Assembly (NCBI RefSeq): GCF_964204645.1
Contig: NC_134025.1
Span: 27,012,299-27,076,298, forward strand
Direction: 5' to 3'
Length of the DNA: 64,000 nt
From: Tubulanus polymorphus
Lineage: Eukaryota; Animalia; Nemertea
The notes beneath the pieces were generated by a model that saw only the letters and a program-made list of their open reading frames with translations, did no database searches and was not told where the DNA came from. The translations under genes were made by a program, and so were the position numbers. Below, one piece after another: positions 26,219 through 40,798 of the stretch (the first letter of the stretch is position 1; each line of letters starts with the position of its first letter).

Positions 26219-26829
26219 AACGACTCGCAAATAGTGATATTTATTTAAATTACTGGCATACTTTATAAGATGGTGAAATGTGCATAACTTTTGAAATATA
26301 ACATAAGTATGGAATTGGTGCCATGCTACTGCCTTAGTTTGAAATTTTGCCTATAAAGTTATGAACCTAGACATTGGTGGATTATTAAGATGTACATTCC
26401 AGCAAAGATGCATTAAATGAACAGTGCAAGGCTCGCTTGTGTGTGATTATTGTTCAATTTAAGATATTTTCAGACTATGCATGGATTTATCAACTACATC
26501 TTTGTCTTGAAAAAGCCAGTCATAGGATCATCTATACCTAACCCTTGTTGATAAAAACAGGCTTGAAAATCAAAGCGTTTTTCAAATCTCTTTCTCGAAG
26601 AATATTCTATACATAGAAGGTAAAGTGGACCTTAGATTGTAGAATGTCTTCTTCCATTGTGCTGTGTGTTTACTGGGCTGAGAATAGAATTTAGTGTACA
26701 CGTATTGATCATCTAGTCACATCAAAAACACTTCTACTAGTAGTTACCTTTGGTGTTTTTGGTTTTATCTGTAATAATGATACCATATTCATGTAAGTCC
26801 TGAATAAGGTGTCATTTTGCAGTATATCT

Positions 26830-26889
26830 AAGCCTCGTCTACACCAGGATATTTTAACTCCATTAGAATACCTCGTATAGACGATGCTT
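26830..26889. repeat. 60-nt imperfect hairpin between the convergent ATP6V1D and CatSper2 stops
   Basis: aagcctcgtctacaccagg(a)tattttaa-ctcca-ttagaata cctcgtatagacgatgctt: outer arms are complementary at 16/19, plus an 8-bp inner stem. Confidence 0.7.
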
Positions 26890-27341
26890 TATTTGAAGCA
26901 AGCATCCCGAAAAGCTGGCTTCGTTTAATATAAGAAGGTGCATCATGTATTCCAACATGTCATAAATAGATTGTAAAATATGTACATGTGTGTAATAGCT
27001 ATTATTATGTATTTAGAGTTAAATATCACCAAATAAATAAACTATTAAAATATGATGAATGGCATGTAGTCTGATTTTCATTTGATATCACTGCATCACG
27101 CAACTAGTCTGAGTTCCAATTGGAGCGGAAGGAAAGGACCAAGGATTCTTGAAGCACTTCCACAAATTTTGACGATACGATGTATGCAATTGAAAGAGGA
27201 ATAACACGAAAAATGAATATCTATTTAAATACTTATAAACAATAAAGAAATTCAGGAAAAACTGGCAAACGATTTCTACAGAAACAAAAACTGGAACAAT
27301 TGTTTACGTCAGAATTTAAGACATACATGTATAATGATTTA

Positions 27342-29258
27342 TCATGTATCGAAGATTTTCACAAGAGCCAACACGGCAAACTTTAAAAGTTCCTGTCGTT
27401 CGAAGATATTTTCCTGAAGCGCTTCCATCATTTGCAGGTAGTGAAACAGCGTATCTCTGGGCCAGGCAGTCTCCACCGGATTCTTAGCAATCAGTTCCAA
27501 ATTATCCTGAAAAATAAATCGGATGACACCGAGTCTTGTTACTCTGAACGAGCAAGGCTTATATCTAACGGTAATTACCTGGACAGTTTTTTGCCAGTTA
27601 TGTCCGCTGTATGTGGTTTGGATCACATGCGTACTCATTGCTGTATCCAGATCCTCTTGCAACATTTGTCGAGACTGACCAGAAAGTCGCGATTTTGAAA
27701 ATGCATTCCCAGGAACTAACGTCGCTTTGCGTCCAGTGGTAGTTGTTGTAGGCGGTGCAGCTGGTGCAACATTTGGCGGCGATGCCTCTTTGTCCGACGA
27801 GTCACTTTCTACTTTCTTATCAGATTCATCAGCGTCCCAAACGTTGCCTGTTTCTATTTCGTCTTCGTCCTCATCTTGAACTTCGATGTCACTGGTTCTA
27901 CGAACAGCTTTTAACATGTTCTCTTGCCGTTGGAGTTCTTCGTTGAGTTTTTCAATTTTGATAGTTTGCTGTCGGAAATCTTCCATTTCTTTGACTTCGT
28001 TGAAAAGATCGTTGCGGATGCTTTGGAAATTGTTCACCATGATGCCGACGAAAATGTTCCGAAAAATGAACGACGCAATACAAATCCATGACAAAATGTA
28101 TATACTGGCGAAGTAAGGATTAACCACTTTTATCAGTTCCACTAACATGTCGTGCCAATGATCTAGTGTGAACAGCTGAAACAAAGTCATCAGTGTTTCA
28201 ACGATACCGCTGAAACTGTTCTTGTAAACTAAATCTTTGCGCTGGGATTTAGAGAAGTTATCGAATATGATGACACCGACGATCGAAAATATGTACGCGA
28301 ACGAAAATAGTAACATCGTAATTGAAACCATGGCCTGGAAAGCTTTTGCGACTGCTAAGGTAATCAAGCGAATTTGTCGAAATCGTGTCACCATCTTCAA
28401 CGATCTGAGCACCCTAAAAACTCGCATATTATCAGCTAGAATACTGAGTTGCGACGTAGCTGATTTCGTAGATTTTCCGAAGTCACCTGTGGAGAAGTTT
28501 ATTATCTCTGGAACGAACGAAAGAAAGGTAACGAGAAAGTCGAAGATGTTCCATCCATTTCGCCAAAAATTCTTGAAATCGTCCATCCATTTCAAAATTA
28601 TTTCCAACACGAACATGAATAACGTACAGTAGTCAAATATGTCAAGAACAGTTCGGAAAAGCAACATATTGGGCGTTGTTTGCATTCCATATTCAGCTTG
28701 AAGTCCCAAAACAACGCAATTACTGAGAATCAAACTCAACATGATGTACTGGAACAGTGAACTTTCAACGACCCAGTGGGCCCATAGATCCAAAGGCGGG
28801 TTGTGGGTGTTCTTATTCTTTAATCTATTTCTTCTTCGGTCGGCACTAGTAACTGGTAGTTTACCTCTTTTAGAATTGTATATCTGGAACCGCACCAAGG
28901 AATTAGGAGCTTCGAGCATTATTTGCTGCATAGTGTTGCCTTCCATAACATCTTTCGAATTGTATTTAGGTGCTTCGATGTGTCCCTTTTCATCAATACT
29001 GTCGAGCAAATGGAAGTCTTGGATAAGCTTGTGACGAAACAATTCTGCCCGCCGTGATAGTAAACCTTCGGTTTGCTCATTTTCAGATTTTCTCTTCATG
29101 TCATTCATCGTGAGTGATGGCATTTGGAGACCGGAATGCATATGACTGAATTCACTTCGAAATTGTTGCTGTCCAATTAAAATGCAACAATGCAGCAACA
29201 ATGAAGTGATTGCGATAACCGTTGCATCGTGCTTATGTGCAAAATCATTTAAATTCAT
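27342..29258 (-). CDS. CATSPER2: Cation channel sperm-associated protein 2 (CatSper alpha-2)
   Basis: 6-TM channel with S4 RVFRVLRSLK, pore LFTLDHW, N-terminal RAELFRHKLI..PPLDLWAHWVVE and C-terminal WPRDTLFHYLQMMEALQEN, all matching CatSper2 as recalled. One probable in-frame 72-nt GT-AG intron at 27578-27507. The real start is probably a downstream Met (~29108). Confidence 0.92.
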   Translation of the reverse strand: MNLNDFAHKHDATVIAITSLLLHCCILIGQQQFRSEFSHMHSGLQMPSLTMNDMKRKSENEQTEGLLSRRAELFRHKLIQDFHLLDSIDEKGHIEAPKYNSKDVMEGNTMQQIMLEAPNSLVRFQIYNSKRGKLPVTSADRRRNRLKNKNTHNPPLDLWAHWVVESSLFQYIMLSLILSNCVVLGLQAEYGMQTTPNMLLFRTVLDIFDYCTLFMFVLEIILKWMDDFKNFWRNGWNIFDFLVTFLSFVPEIINFSTGDFGKSTKSATSQLSILADNMRVFRVLRSLKMVTRFRQIRLITLAVAKAFQAMVSITMLLFSFAYIFSIVGVIIFDNFSKSQRKDLVYKNSFSGIVETLMTLFQLFTLDHWHDMLVELIKVVNPYFASIYILSWICIASFIFRNIFVGIMVNNFQSIRNDLFNEVKEMEDFRQQTIKIEKLNEELQRQENMLKAVRRTSDIEVQDEDEDEIETGNVWDADESDKKVESDSSDKEASPPNVAPAAPPTTTTTGRKATLVPGNAFSKSRLSGQSRQMLQEDLDTAMSTHVIQTTYSGHNWQKTVQVITVRYKPCSFRVTRLGVIRFIFQDNLELIAKNPVETAWPRDTLFHYLQMMEALQENIFERQELLKFAVLALVKIFDT

Positions 29259-29544
29259 TGATTAAGAGTGTGAGTTCAAGAAAGGTGTTTCAAAATTCTA
29301 GAACGTTGCTTTTCTCCTAGGAGAGAATTTACACAGCTGAGGGATAGAGATTTTTGTGGTTTTTGCCATCCATAAATCTGCCTATTAGACCGAATCTATT
29401 CTAAAAACGCCTTGAAATATTCACTTTTTTCTATCTTAATCTTCCGATATTGATTTCAAATCAATTTAGGGTGTAAAAATTGACCACAGTAACGACACTT
29501 TTATCGGGGTTCGAATCTAACGAAGAAAGTCACGCATTCTAATG

Positions 29545-29645
29545 ATAAACCAATTAGCGACGTGTTAACGGATCTGGCGCGGGTAATTGACCAATCAGCG
29601 ACTGGCTTCTAAAATCTTATCAGAAAGCACCAATTTTTGAAGTGA
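29545..29645. promoter_or_regulatory. Divergent promoter with three CCAAT boxes and MYB-, E2F- and CHR-like motifs
   Basis: CCAAT at 29550, 29591 and 29630; TAACGG ~29566; TGGCGCGG ~29575; TTTGAA 29636; GTGAGT donor of a non-coding exon at ~29698. Confidence 0.6.
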
Positions 29646-30110
29646 GGCTCATTACTCGAGTGAAGATCGTGGGACGCAGTCCATCAACGTATTATTTGTG
29701 AGTACAGTTTCGCGCGCTTTTTGCTTTAATATGTCGTGGTTTGTAAAATGTGCAATGCCTGATCATGCTGCAAGTGCTGCTGGGACTGGACCGAGTCATG
29801 AAAAGGCATTATTCTGTCTACTATACACACAGAAATTCATCGTAAAAGCTGTCCCACCCCGCCCGGGCGATTGACGCTATTAATTAAGAAAATGTACGAG
29901 AATGTAGCATCTAACCCAATCTGACACATGTCTGGATCACCTCACTTCATTTTTTTGCGGCTACTTCAACTTATTAATTCATAGAAATGACAAGAAGTGG
30001 CTGCAGGATTTGGCAATGATTGAATGCCTTATAATGATATCATTAAATATTTCAGAATTAGAAATAGTTCAACATTTGAAAAACCATAGATAAAAAGCTG
30101 TTAAAACATC

Positions 30111-33100
30111 ATGCCTTCTACCGACAAGACAGAGAACAGGCTATCTGCCTACAAAAATAAAGGCAAAGATTTACAGGTAAAGACAAATGACGGGTATCAA
30201 AATTCTGCTATGTTAGGCCTACACGAATGAATCAAATGGTTTCGATTTTGAATGTTATGTTTTCGCAGGATTTAAGACGAAAGAGAGCCGATGTATCGGT
30301 TGATTTGAGGAAAGCGAGAAAAGATGAACAGATGCTTAAAAGACGTAATGTCGATGAAATGGTTACCAGCCCGCTGAAAGAAAATAAGGTGCGCTAACCT
30401 AAGGGTCAAACTTGTTTTCATTTCGCTCTTTAGGCCCATTGGGACTGTTGAGGTTATTTATTTCGACTGAAATTCTTATAGTTCTCGACGTAATAATTAT
30501 TTTCGCAGACTTGCCTCAATCAAGCAACAAGTGGAATGGCGATGGTAGAAATCATTCAAGGTGTTCAGGCACCTGATGCTCATACTCAGTTCTTGGCGAC
30601 TCAAGCGGCTCGTAAACTACTATCGAAAGAGGCCAGTCCGCCGATTAATGAGATTATCGATTCCGGTATTGTGCCTACACTGGTAGAATTTCTCAAAACA
30701 GATGACAAGTAAGTCATTCGAAGTGACGAATTGAAAGCATTTTCTAAAAAAAAATGTTTTTAATTTTTTCTGTAAAAGTGATTGAACAGTATCAAGCAAG
30801 GAGTCTATCGAATATGATGTTGGGTACTTAAATAATTTTTTCAGGCCTGAATTACAGTTTGAAGCAGCGTGGGCTTTGACAAATATAGCATCAGGTTCAT
30901 CACATCAGACGCGCACCGTAGTAAAAGCTGGAGGTGTCGAGCCTTTCATTCGTCTGTTATCGTCTAATCATAATAACGTCTGTGAACAAGCCGTGTGGGC
31001 TCTCGGAAATATTGCAGGTAATTAATTGATATATGTTGCTTTAATCAGTCATATCACAGACCATTATACTTCTCGAAACATAGCCAAAATACCATATACT
31101 GTAAGAGGTTGTGAACTTAGTAAGGTTTTGATGTTTCTGGAACTTACCAAGACTGAGAAAACTGAAACAAAAAAGACCCATGATATTGAAGATCATGAAA
31201 GAAAGATCTGTTACACTGACATTTCAGGCAGAATGCTTCTACCCATCTTCGCAAGAAGCATTCTACCCAAAAAGTCATTACTTTGTCGTTAATTCTTTAA
31301 TATTGTGAGACTTTCTTATACCCCTCTTAGACTGCAACTAATCTAAATTGATTTCATAAGGGTGAATACTGTCAACCCCTCGTTTAATGTTGTCACCTTT
31401 AAAGTTGAACTAGTTGTAGTAAAAAGATTGTATTTTCATCAACAGGTGATGGACCTGATCTTCGAGATCTCGTGATCAAGTGTGGCATAGTTCGTCCGTT
31501 ACTCCATTTAGTCGAAAAGGGTCCACCTGAAAAAGGCGGACAGGTAAAATCTTATTAATCAATTGAGTTAAAATTCGTGATCTTACCGTTCCCGATGAAA
31601 TTACTGGTAGTTCATTGTTGTCTCCGGTTTACTTGTAGCAAGCACAATTCTTGAGAAATGTCACATGGACTCTGTCAAACTTATGTCGAAACAAGAACCC
31701 GCCTCCGCCATTTGCAACGGTTAAAGAATGTTTGCCGACCATTGCTAGATTGATCCATCACACTGATAATGAAGTGTTAGCCGATGCGTGTTGGGCTCTG
31801 TCATATTTGACCGATGGAACTAATGAGAAAATACAAGAAGTTATCAATCACGGTTAGTGTTTTATAACAATAGTTCAATGAATGTGATAGAGTTCCGAGT
31901 TGCCTCGGGTAATCTCTGGAAATTTTAATAATTTGTTTTAATTATGCTAGTACATACTTCAATTGGTTATAAAAGAGTGTATTCAACTGTGGAAAAGAAA
32001 TTCCAAATATGCCAATTACCATCTAAAGATCATTTTCAGCTATAATAGCAAAGACTATTTCAATGTGTTGATCTACCACGATATTGGGACTATGGAATTC
32101 CTCAGAGATCGAACTATTTGTCCCTGAGTTATGAACGATTGCTGTACTCTGAATTAATCTGAATGTAAATGAATTTATCGTTATTTTTCTTCCACGAATT
32201 ATAGAAGTTGTGCCACAACTAGTCAAACTGTTGAACATTGCTGAAATACCCGTTTTGACTCCTGTACTACGATCCATTGGTAATATTGTTACTGGCGACG
32301 ATACCCAAACACAAGTAAGTGACTCGTATATATCCGGTTGCATATTTTGTCAAACTCATCTGTTTCATCCAATGATTTTGACTTTATTTTCAGCATGTGA
32401 TTGATCATAATGCATTACCCGCGTTCCACCGCTTGCTTTCACATCCGAAATCCAGTATTCAAAAAGAAGCAGCCTGGACGATATCTAACATAACTGCTGG
32501 CAACCAGTCACAAATACAAGCTGTTCTTGAGGCTGGCTTGATGCCACAGATCATCAAATTACTGGAGAAAGTGAGTGTTCCGAGTGATTTTGTCTTTATC
32601 AGATATGCCAAGTTTATTATCTTATCTACCCTCGGTGATGTGAAGGACAAGGTATTATTGGAAATGCTGATTTATTTCTGCATTTTCTTGTTTCAGGGAG
32701 ATTTCCGAACTCAGAAGGAAGCAATTTGGGTGATAACTAATTTAACGTCCGGTGGTACGATCGAACATTTAGTCTACCTGGTGAAAATCGGCGTTCTCGG
32801 TCCGTTATGCGATCTGCTGGTCGCTAAAGAACCGAAGATCATTCTGGTGATAATCGACGCGTTGAACAACATCCTGCGTGCGGCGGACAGTCGCGGTGAA
32901 GTGGCAACGGTCACGCTGATGATCGAAGAATGCAACGGTCTCGATAAGATCGAAGCTCTTCAAAATCACGAGAACGAATTGGTTTACAAAGCCGCCCTCG
33001 ATTTGATCTCGCAATATTTCGTCGATGAGGTAAATTTGCGAATTTTTAATTCATGACCAACCCGTCGTGTATACAGAAAACACGGTAAACTAATTTCTCT

Positions 33101-33713
33101 TGGGGCGAAACGCAGGAACTTTGATAAAATTTGCTGAAACTCTGGAATCGCATTTATGTTCTTGGTATATTTGTTACCTTGTTAACACTAAAAGTACTGG
33201 TAGTAATTAGGATGAGAATGAAATTAAATACAATGTATTGTCAAAGAATTGAATAAGGTTTTGAAGTGATACATACAGTAGACTCTTTAATGCTTTCAAA
33301 TCGAATTATCTCTTAAATCGCATACAAATCTTGAATCCGCTGCATCAGAATGTGAAATTAAAATCCATTGTCTAACATGAATTATCGCCTAAATTTAACG
33401 ATCCTGTTTGATTTGAGTTACAAAGAGTAAGTATACTGGATATAGTTTAAGAACAACTATAGAGATAATCATTAGAAAAAAAAAGAAGGAAAAATCAGCT
33501 GATAATTAAGAAGTTTTGACGTTTCATATTCGATGCCAATACAAGTCACCAGATTAAGATTACTCCTTCCATAAAAGTATTAACTGAAGCTAATGTCATG
33601 TGTTGATTATTTTCTAGGATGAGGAAGATTCTACGGTCGCTCCTGAGGCCAATGAAGAGGGATTTGCGTTTTCTGAACAGGAAGTTCCCTCAGCTGGATT
33701 TGCGATTCAATGA
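30111..33713 (+). CDS. KPNA2: Importin subunit alpha (alpha-2/KPNA2/pendulin class)
   Basis: 10 exons: 30111-30176, ~30269-30388 (IBB: [16 protein letters not shown]), ~30509-30708, ~30845-31017 ([15 protein letters not shown]), ~31446-31543, ~31639-31852 ([15 protein letters not shown]), ~32205-32314, ~32393-32570, ~32696-33029 ([14 protein letters not shown]), ~33617-33713. Confidence 0.93.
33277..33439. mobile_element. Possible decayed Tc1/pogo-type MITE in the last importin intron
   Basis: ta-cagtagactct at the left and agagtaagtatactg at the right form a weak inverted match. Confidence 0.3.
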
Positions 33714-34381
33714 GTGGGATTTATTGCGAAGTTCATATCACGTGATTACAGATATAGATCTTTGATAATATTTATGCCTGCTCTATTATTGCCTGTTATT
33801 CCAACTCTTATTCCTCAAAATATTTTTCTTGTGATGTCTCTAAGATTGAAACTTCCATTTCTTACAAATCATGTATTGTTTACAATGGTGAAATAAGTGA
33901 ATGAATGATGATAGTGGTTATGAGTTCTGGAACTATGAATGTGCTTTTCTTTCAAAAACAAAAACAAACTGTGATGCCTTTCTCATGTGGCATAATTTTC
34001 TATACTAGCATTTAACTTTTTCATTTTCGTATGATATATGTCTTAGGATTTTTTGTAAACCTCTATTTTCTAAATAAAAAATCCTATGACCTTAGCATGA
34101 AGTGTTAGTTTTGATTGAATGTTTCGACTGACATTTTATGATTATTGATTGATTTGTGGTTAAAGTGTATGTCAATAAAGGATCGATACTACCAATAATT
34201 GTTAGTAATATGATCGGCGATCAAACTGATTGATCGATTTACCCGAAGGCTATTTATTCAATACGGCACTGGCAGGTGCTGCCACCTGTCAAAAATCGGC
34301 CATTTTCAGTGTTTGACAGTTGGACGATGATGGAATCGCGGATTTACCTCGAAATAAAGTGATTTGCAGACGTTGACAAGC

Positions 34382-37442
<3,061 letters not shown>

Positions 37443-39010
37443 AACAAGCATTTCTTTGTTGTAGTTAACAAAAACAATTTGTAAGCCGTAAAAAACTGAT
37501 CCGTTTGGTGAAAAAAATTAATTCAACGTCCTGCACCTATCATTGAAATTACATTATGTGGCTATTTATGAATTATGTAGGCATCCATGGAAATATAGGG
37601 ATTTAAGATCAGCGGAATTTTGCGTATATAATTTATGAACAAAGGAAATAATAGATACTTTTCATTTTGAAGTAGAGTATGTCAATATACGCAACAAAAC
37701 TGGCAAAAATCAGTGGACAATTTTTGGCCATGTGTATATTTCTAATACTGTTTATCATTCTATAAAACTGTCTCTATTGTATTTGGTTGTTGTTCGGAAT
37801 GCACGCAAAATCAAATCAAAACGTTAATTATATTGTTGGTTGTGTTAATTATAACTTGACTAAGGATACTGTAGATACATTATCGCTTAATTAAAGTTCA
37901 TTGTCGTAATTAAGTGAATCAGTACGTACCATAATTACTTCTAGGGGATTATCGACGAAATTTTCTCCACTATAGCCATATATGTTACAGTGTAAGATTT
38001 ATTTTTAGCTAGTCAATGAAAACAGTCCGATTTCTTCTTTTGCGTATTATATCATGTATTGTATATAGTAGCTTATATATAAACAAATCTATGTATTCGA
38101 TAAAGATATATATTTATTTGATACGCTATCTGGAGAATGGTAGTAGTTTATCGCATTGAGCAAATTAGTCGAGGATTTTCTTGCTACATGCTTCATATTC
38201 GATGATTTGATACAAATCGAGAAATGATTAGCTACCGTCATATATATTTACATACAAATAAATTTGTGCGATGAATATCTTTTTGATTGTTATCATAAGG
38301 ATTGTGCCTAAAAATGTGTATTTTATTCTTGGAAATGTTCGAGACTCTTTCACTGTGTAATGAACTAAAAAGAACATTGATATAACGATGTTTCTATCGG
38401 GTTTATCATATATCAAATGTACTACTGTCTCCTCTGGGCCGTCCTCGATCATATGTACATTTCATTCACGCTGCTCTATATATATGTTCCGCCGAGGCCT
38501 TAAGAAATAGATCTCCTTCTGAAGGAAATATAAGTTTGCATTGAAAATTGTAATATTATGAATTGATTCAATTGGTGTTGGTGGGTGGGTTGTTAGATAG
38601 AAGCAAGTGTTGATATATTTTAGATACTACAGTATATCATGTAGAATTTCTTTGCATTTTTTGCGCTCTCATAAACTTTATAATTCCAATGGATTCAAGA
38701 TGGTCAGATTTTCGTTTTTTTCTCAACAGGTGATATATAAATGAGCGCATTCTATTGATATCTAATCTGATAGGTTCTTTTGCATTTTGTGTTGTGTTCA
38801 TTGTGCTTATAAAATTCAATTCAAGTCATTTGCTAACTATGGGTGACTATCATTACAATTAATGAATTGTGAATTTTATCACTATAAGTAGACATTTTAC
38901 CATTTGCTTATTATAAAAACATCATATATGAATGACTTCAGGTATACAACTATATTGAAAATCCCAAATTTGAAATGTATCACTTATGTGAAATGCATTC
39001 TTGCTTCCTA

Positions 39011-39256
39011 CAATGAGGCCTCGTTACAACTAAACTTTGATGACTTACTTGATTACAAAATCGTAACCAAATACTGGGGTTAGATTGATGTGAAAAGTTC
39101 ATGAAATTTCTGTGAAAACATGTGAGAATTTCCAAAAATGTGCGGAATTATGCTGAAAAGTTTTGATATTCTTACCACTGCAAATATGAAAATTTGATAA
39201 CTCTCAATTAGAAATCAGTTTTATGGTCCCTGAGGTTTGTAACGAGGCTCCACTTG
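39011..39256. mobile_element. Degenerate Tigger/pogo-like MITE downstream of RRAS2
   Basis: ta-caatgaggcctcgttacaac ... ttgtaacgaggctccacttg; the core gcctcgttacaa is perfectly inverted. Confidence 0.55.
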
Positions 39257-39626
39257 ATAAAGTAAGAAGAATATGGTTTATAGTAGTTAATTGTATGATG
39301 CTGATTTTTTTCGGTACTCGGTGTTCTTTTAAATGTACGTTTCAGCCTCTATTAATGTGTCAATGATGTATTTCGTCTTCCCGTGTTCGTATTGGTGCTC
39401 AATCAACATCAATTCAAAAAGGTGCAAACTCACGTTTTACAAGAAGGTGTAAAAAAGAAAACAAATTTCTTATGATATTATCGCGATGATGTATGTTATA
39501 TGTATCATCGCTTTGTACAGTCAAGTGCAGTTTCAAAAATAGGAAGTAGGTAGGTGTTAAAAAGACTCCGTTCGTGCCTTTTGATAGTTATCTCCGAATG
39601 CTGCCATGTTTTCATTTGATAGTGTA

Positions 39627-39645
39627 AGAGAGAGAGAGAGAGAGA
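39627..39645. repeat. (AG)n microsatellite
   Basis: About 9 AG units; a shorter tract lies at ~41672-41686. Confidence 0.85.
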
Positions 39646-40798
39646 TAGAAAGAGGATATGTCTGAGGGAAACATACACAACTATCACCAGTAATGGCGAA
39701 AAGAATTCATTGTTTATATCGTTCAGTATATAGATTTCTGGTATATTATTTGGCCAGGATAATGTTTTATAGCCACCTATATCACCGGGACTTCTCTGGT
39801 CAGTACATTGAGGCGTGAATTGAAAATGTTTAGATTTTCCTCTAGATGGCGAATCCGTCGATTGCAGTAATTCGAATAATCGCGCATATATTTTTTCGAT
39901 CTATTCTGTATAAGTTGAAGATTCTTAGATTTCACTGTATAACATAGAACTCAATGCAAATCAAATGTAAAACCTTTTGAAATGGCACGAAAGAGCGTTG
40001 AAATTGTGTATTGTTTTGTAAAAGAAAAAAAAACACTTTTTATGAATCTATATTGTGGAATGTTCTTTGCTATGTAATGATAATAAAAGTTAAGTAAAGT
40101 GTTATGTACAATACGGTAGACATGTCTGTTTATTTGGATTCATGATTGGTGTGTTTAATAGCAACTAGCTTTTTCCCTTCCAAATGCCCTTTTTTATGCT
40201 GCCTTCATATCAGGAAGGTCGTGAAGCTTCTTCCTCGGAACCCGATTGTGAGTTGACGTCGAATTGGTTAGATGAATGAAATTTTACTCGCAGGTTTGGA
40301 ACTGGGAGGATGTTCCCGTACCATCCAAAACTTATGTTTCGTCTAGAGTCTGTTAATACGTGTACAAACTGCTATTTGCTGTCGAGGATATTGTACTGAT
40401 ATCGAATTGGCTTCGTTCTAACATCGCTTCCTTGTTGTGGTCATCGAGATTTTATTCTTATAATCTTTTTCTGTTCATTTTGCACTTTTTCGTGTATCTC
40501 CCTGAGTTCTTGACCTTTCAATTTATGGTTTTGTACCAAACCGGACGAAATTACGCTTTAAACATTCGAAAACATCCAGGTCCCCGTGTATTGTCTTTCA
40601 AAATCATAAAATACCGACCTGTGGTAAATCCAATGAAATAAACGATATAACCTCGTCGGCAAACTTTGAAGTTGAGATTTTATTGCGGGTTTTATTAGGC
40701 TAATCCTGCACGCGACATTATTGGCTCGACGTTTGTCAAATGCGCTTGCGTATATTTAAGTTGTCTGCTAGTGTTCGCAATGGCAGTCATTTAGCAGA

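Noticed and set aside
27432-29034. Plus-strand ORFs opposite CatSper2
   Set aside because: Antisense shadows of the real CDS with no recognisable motifs.
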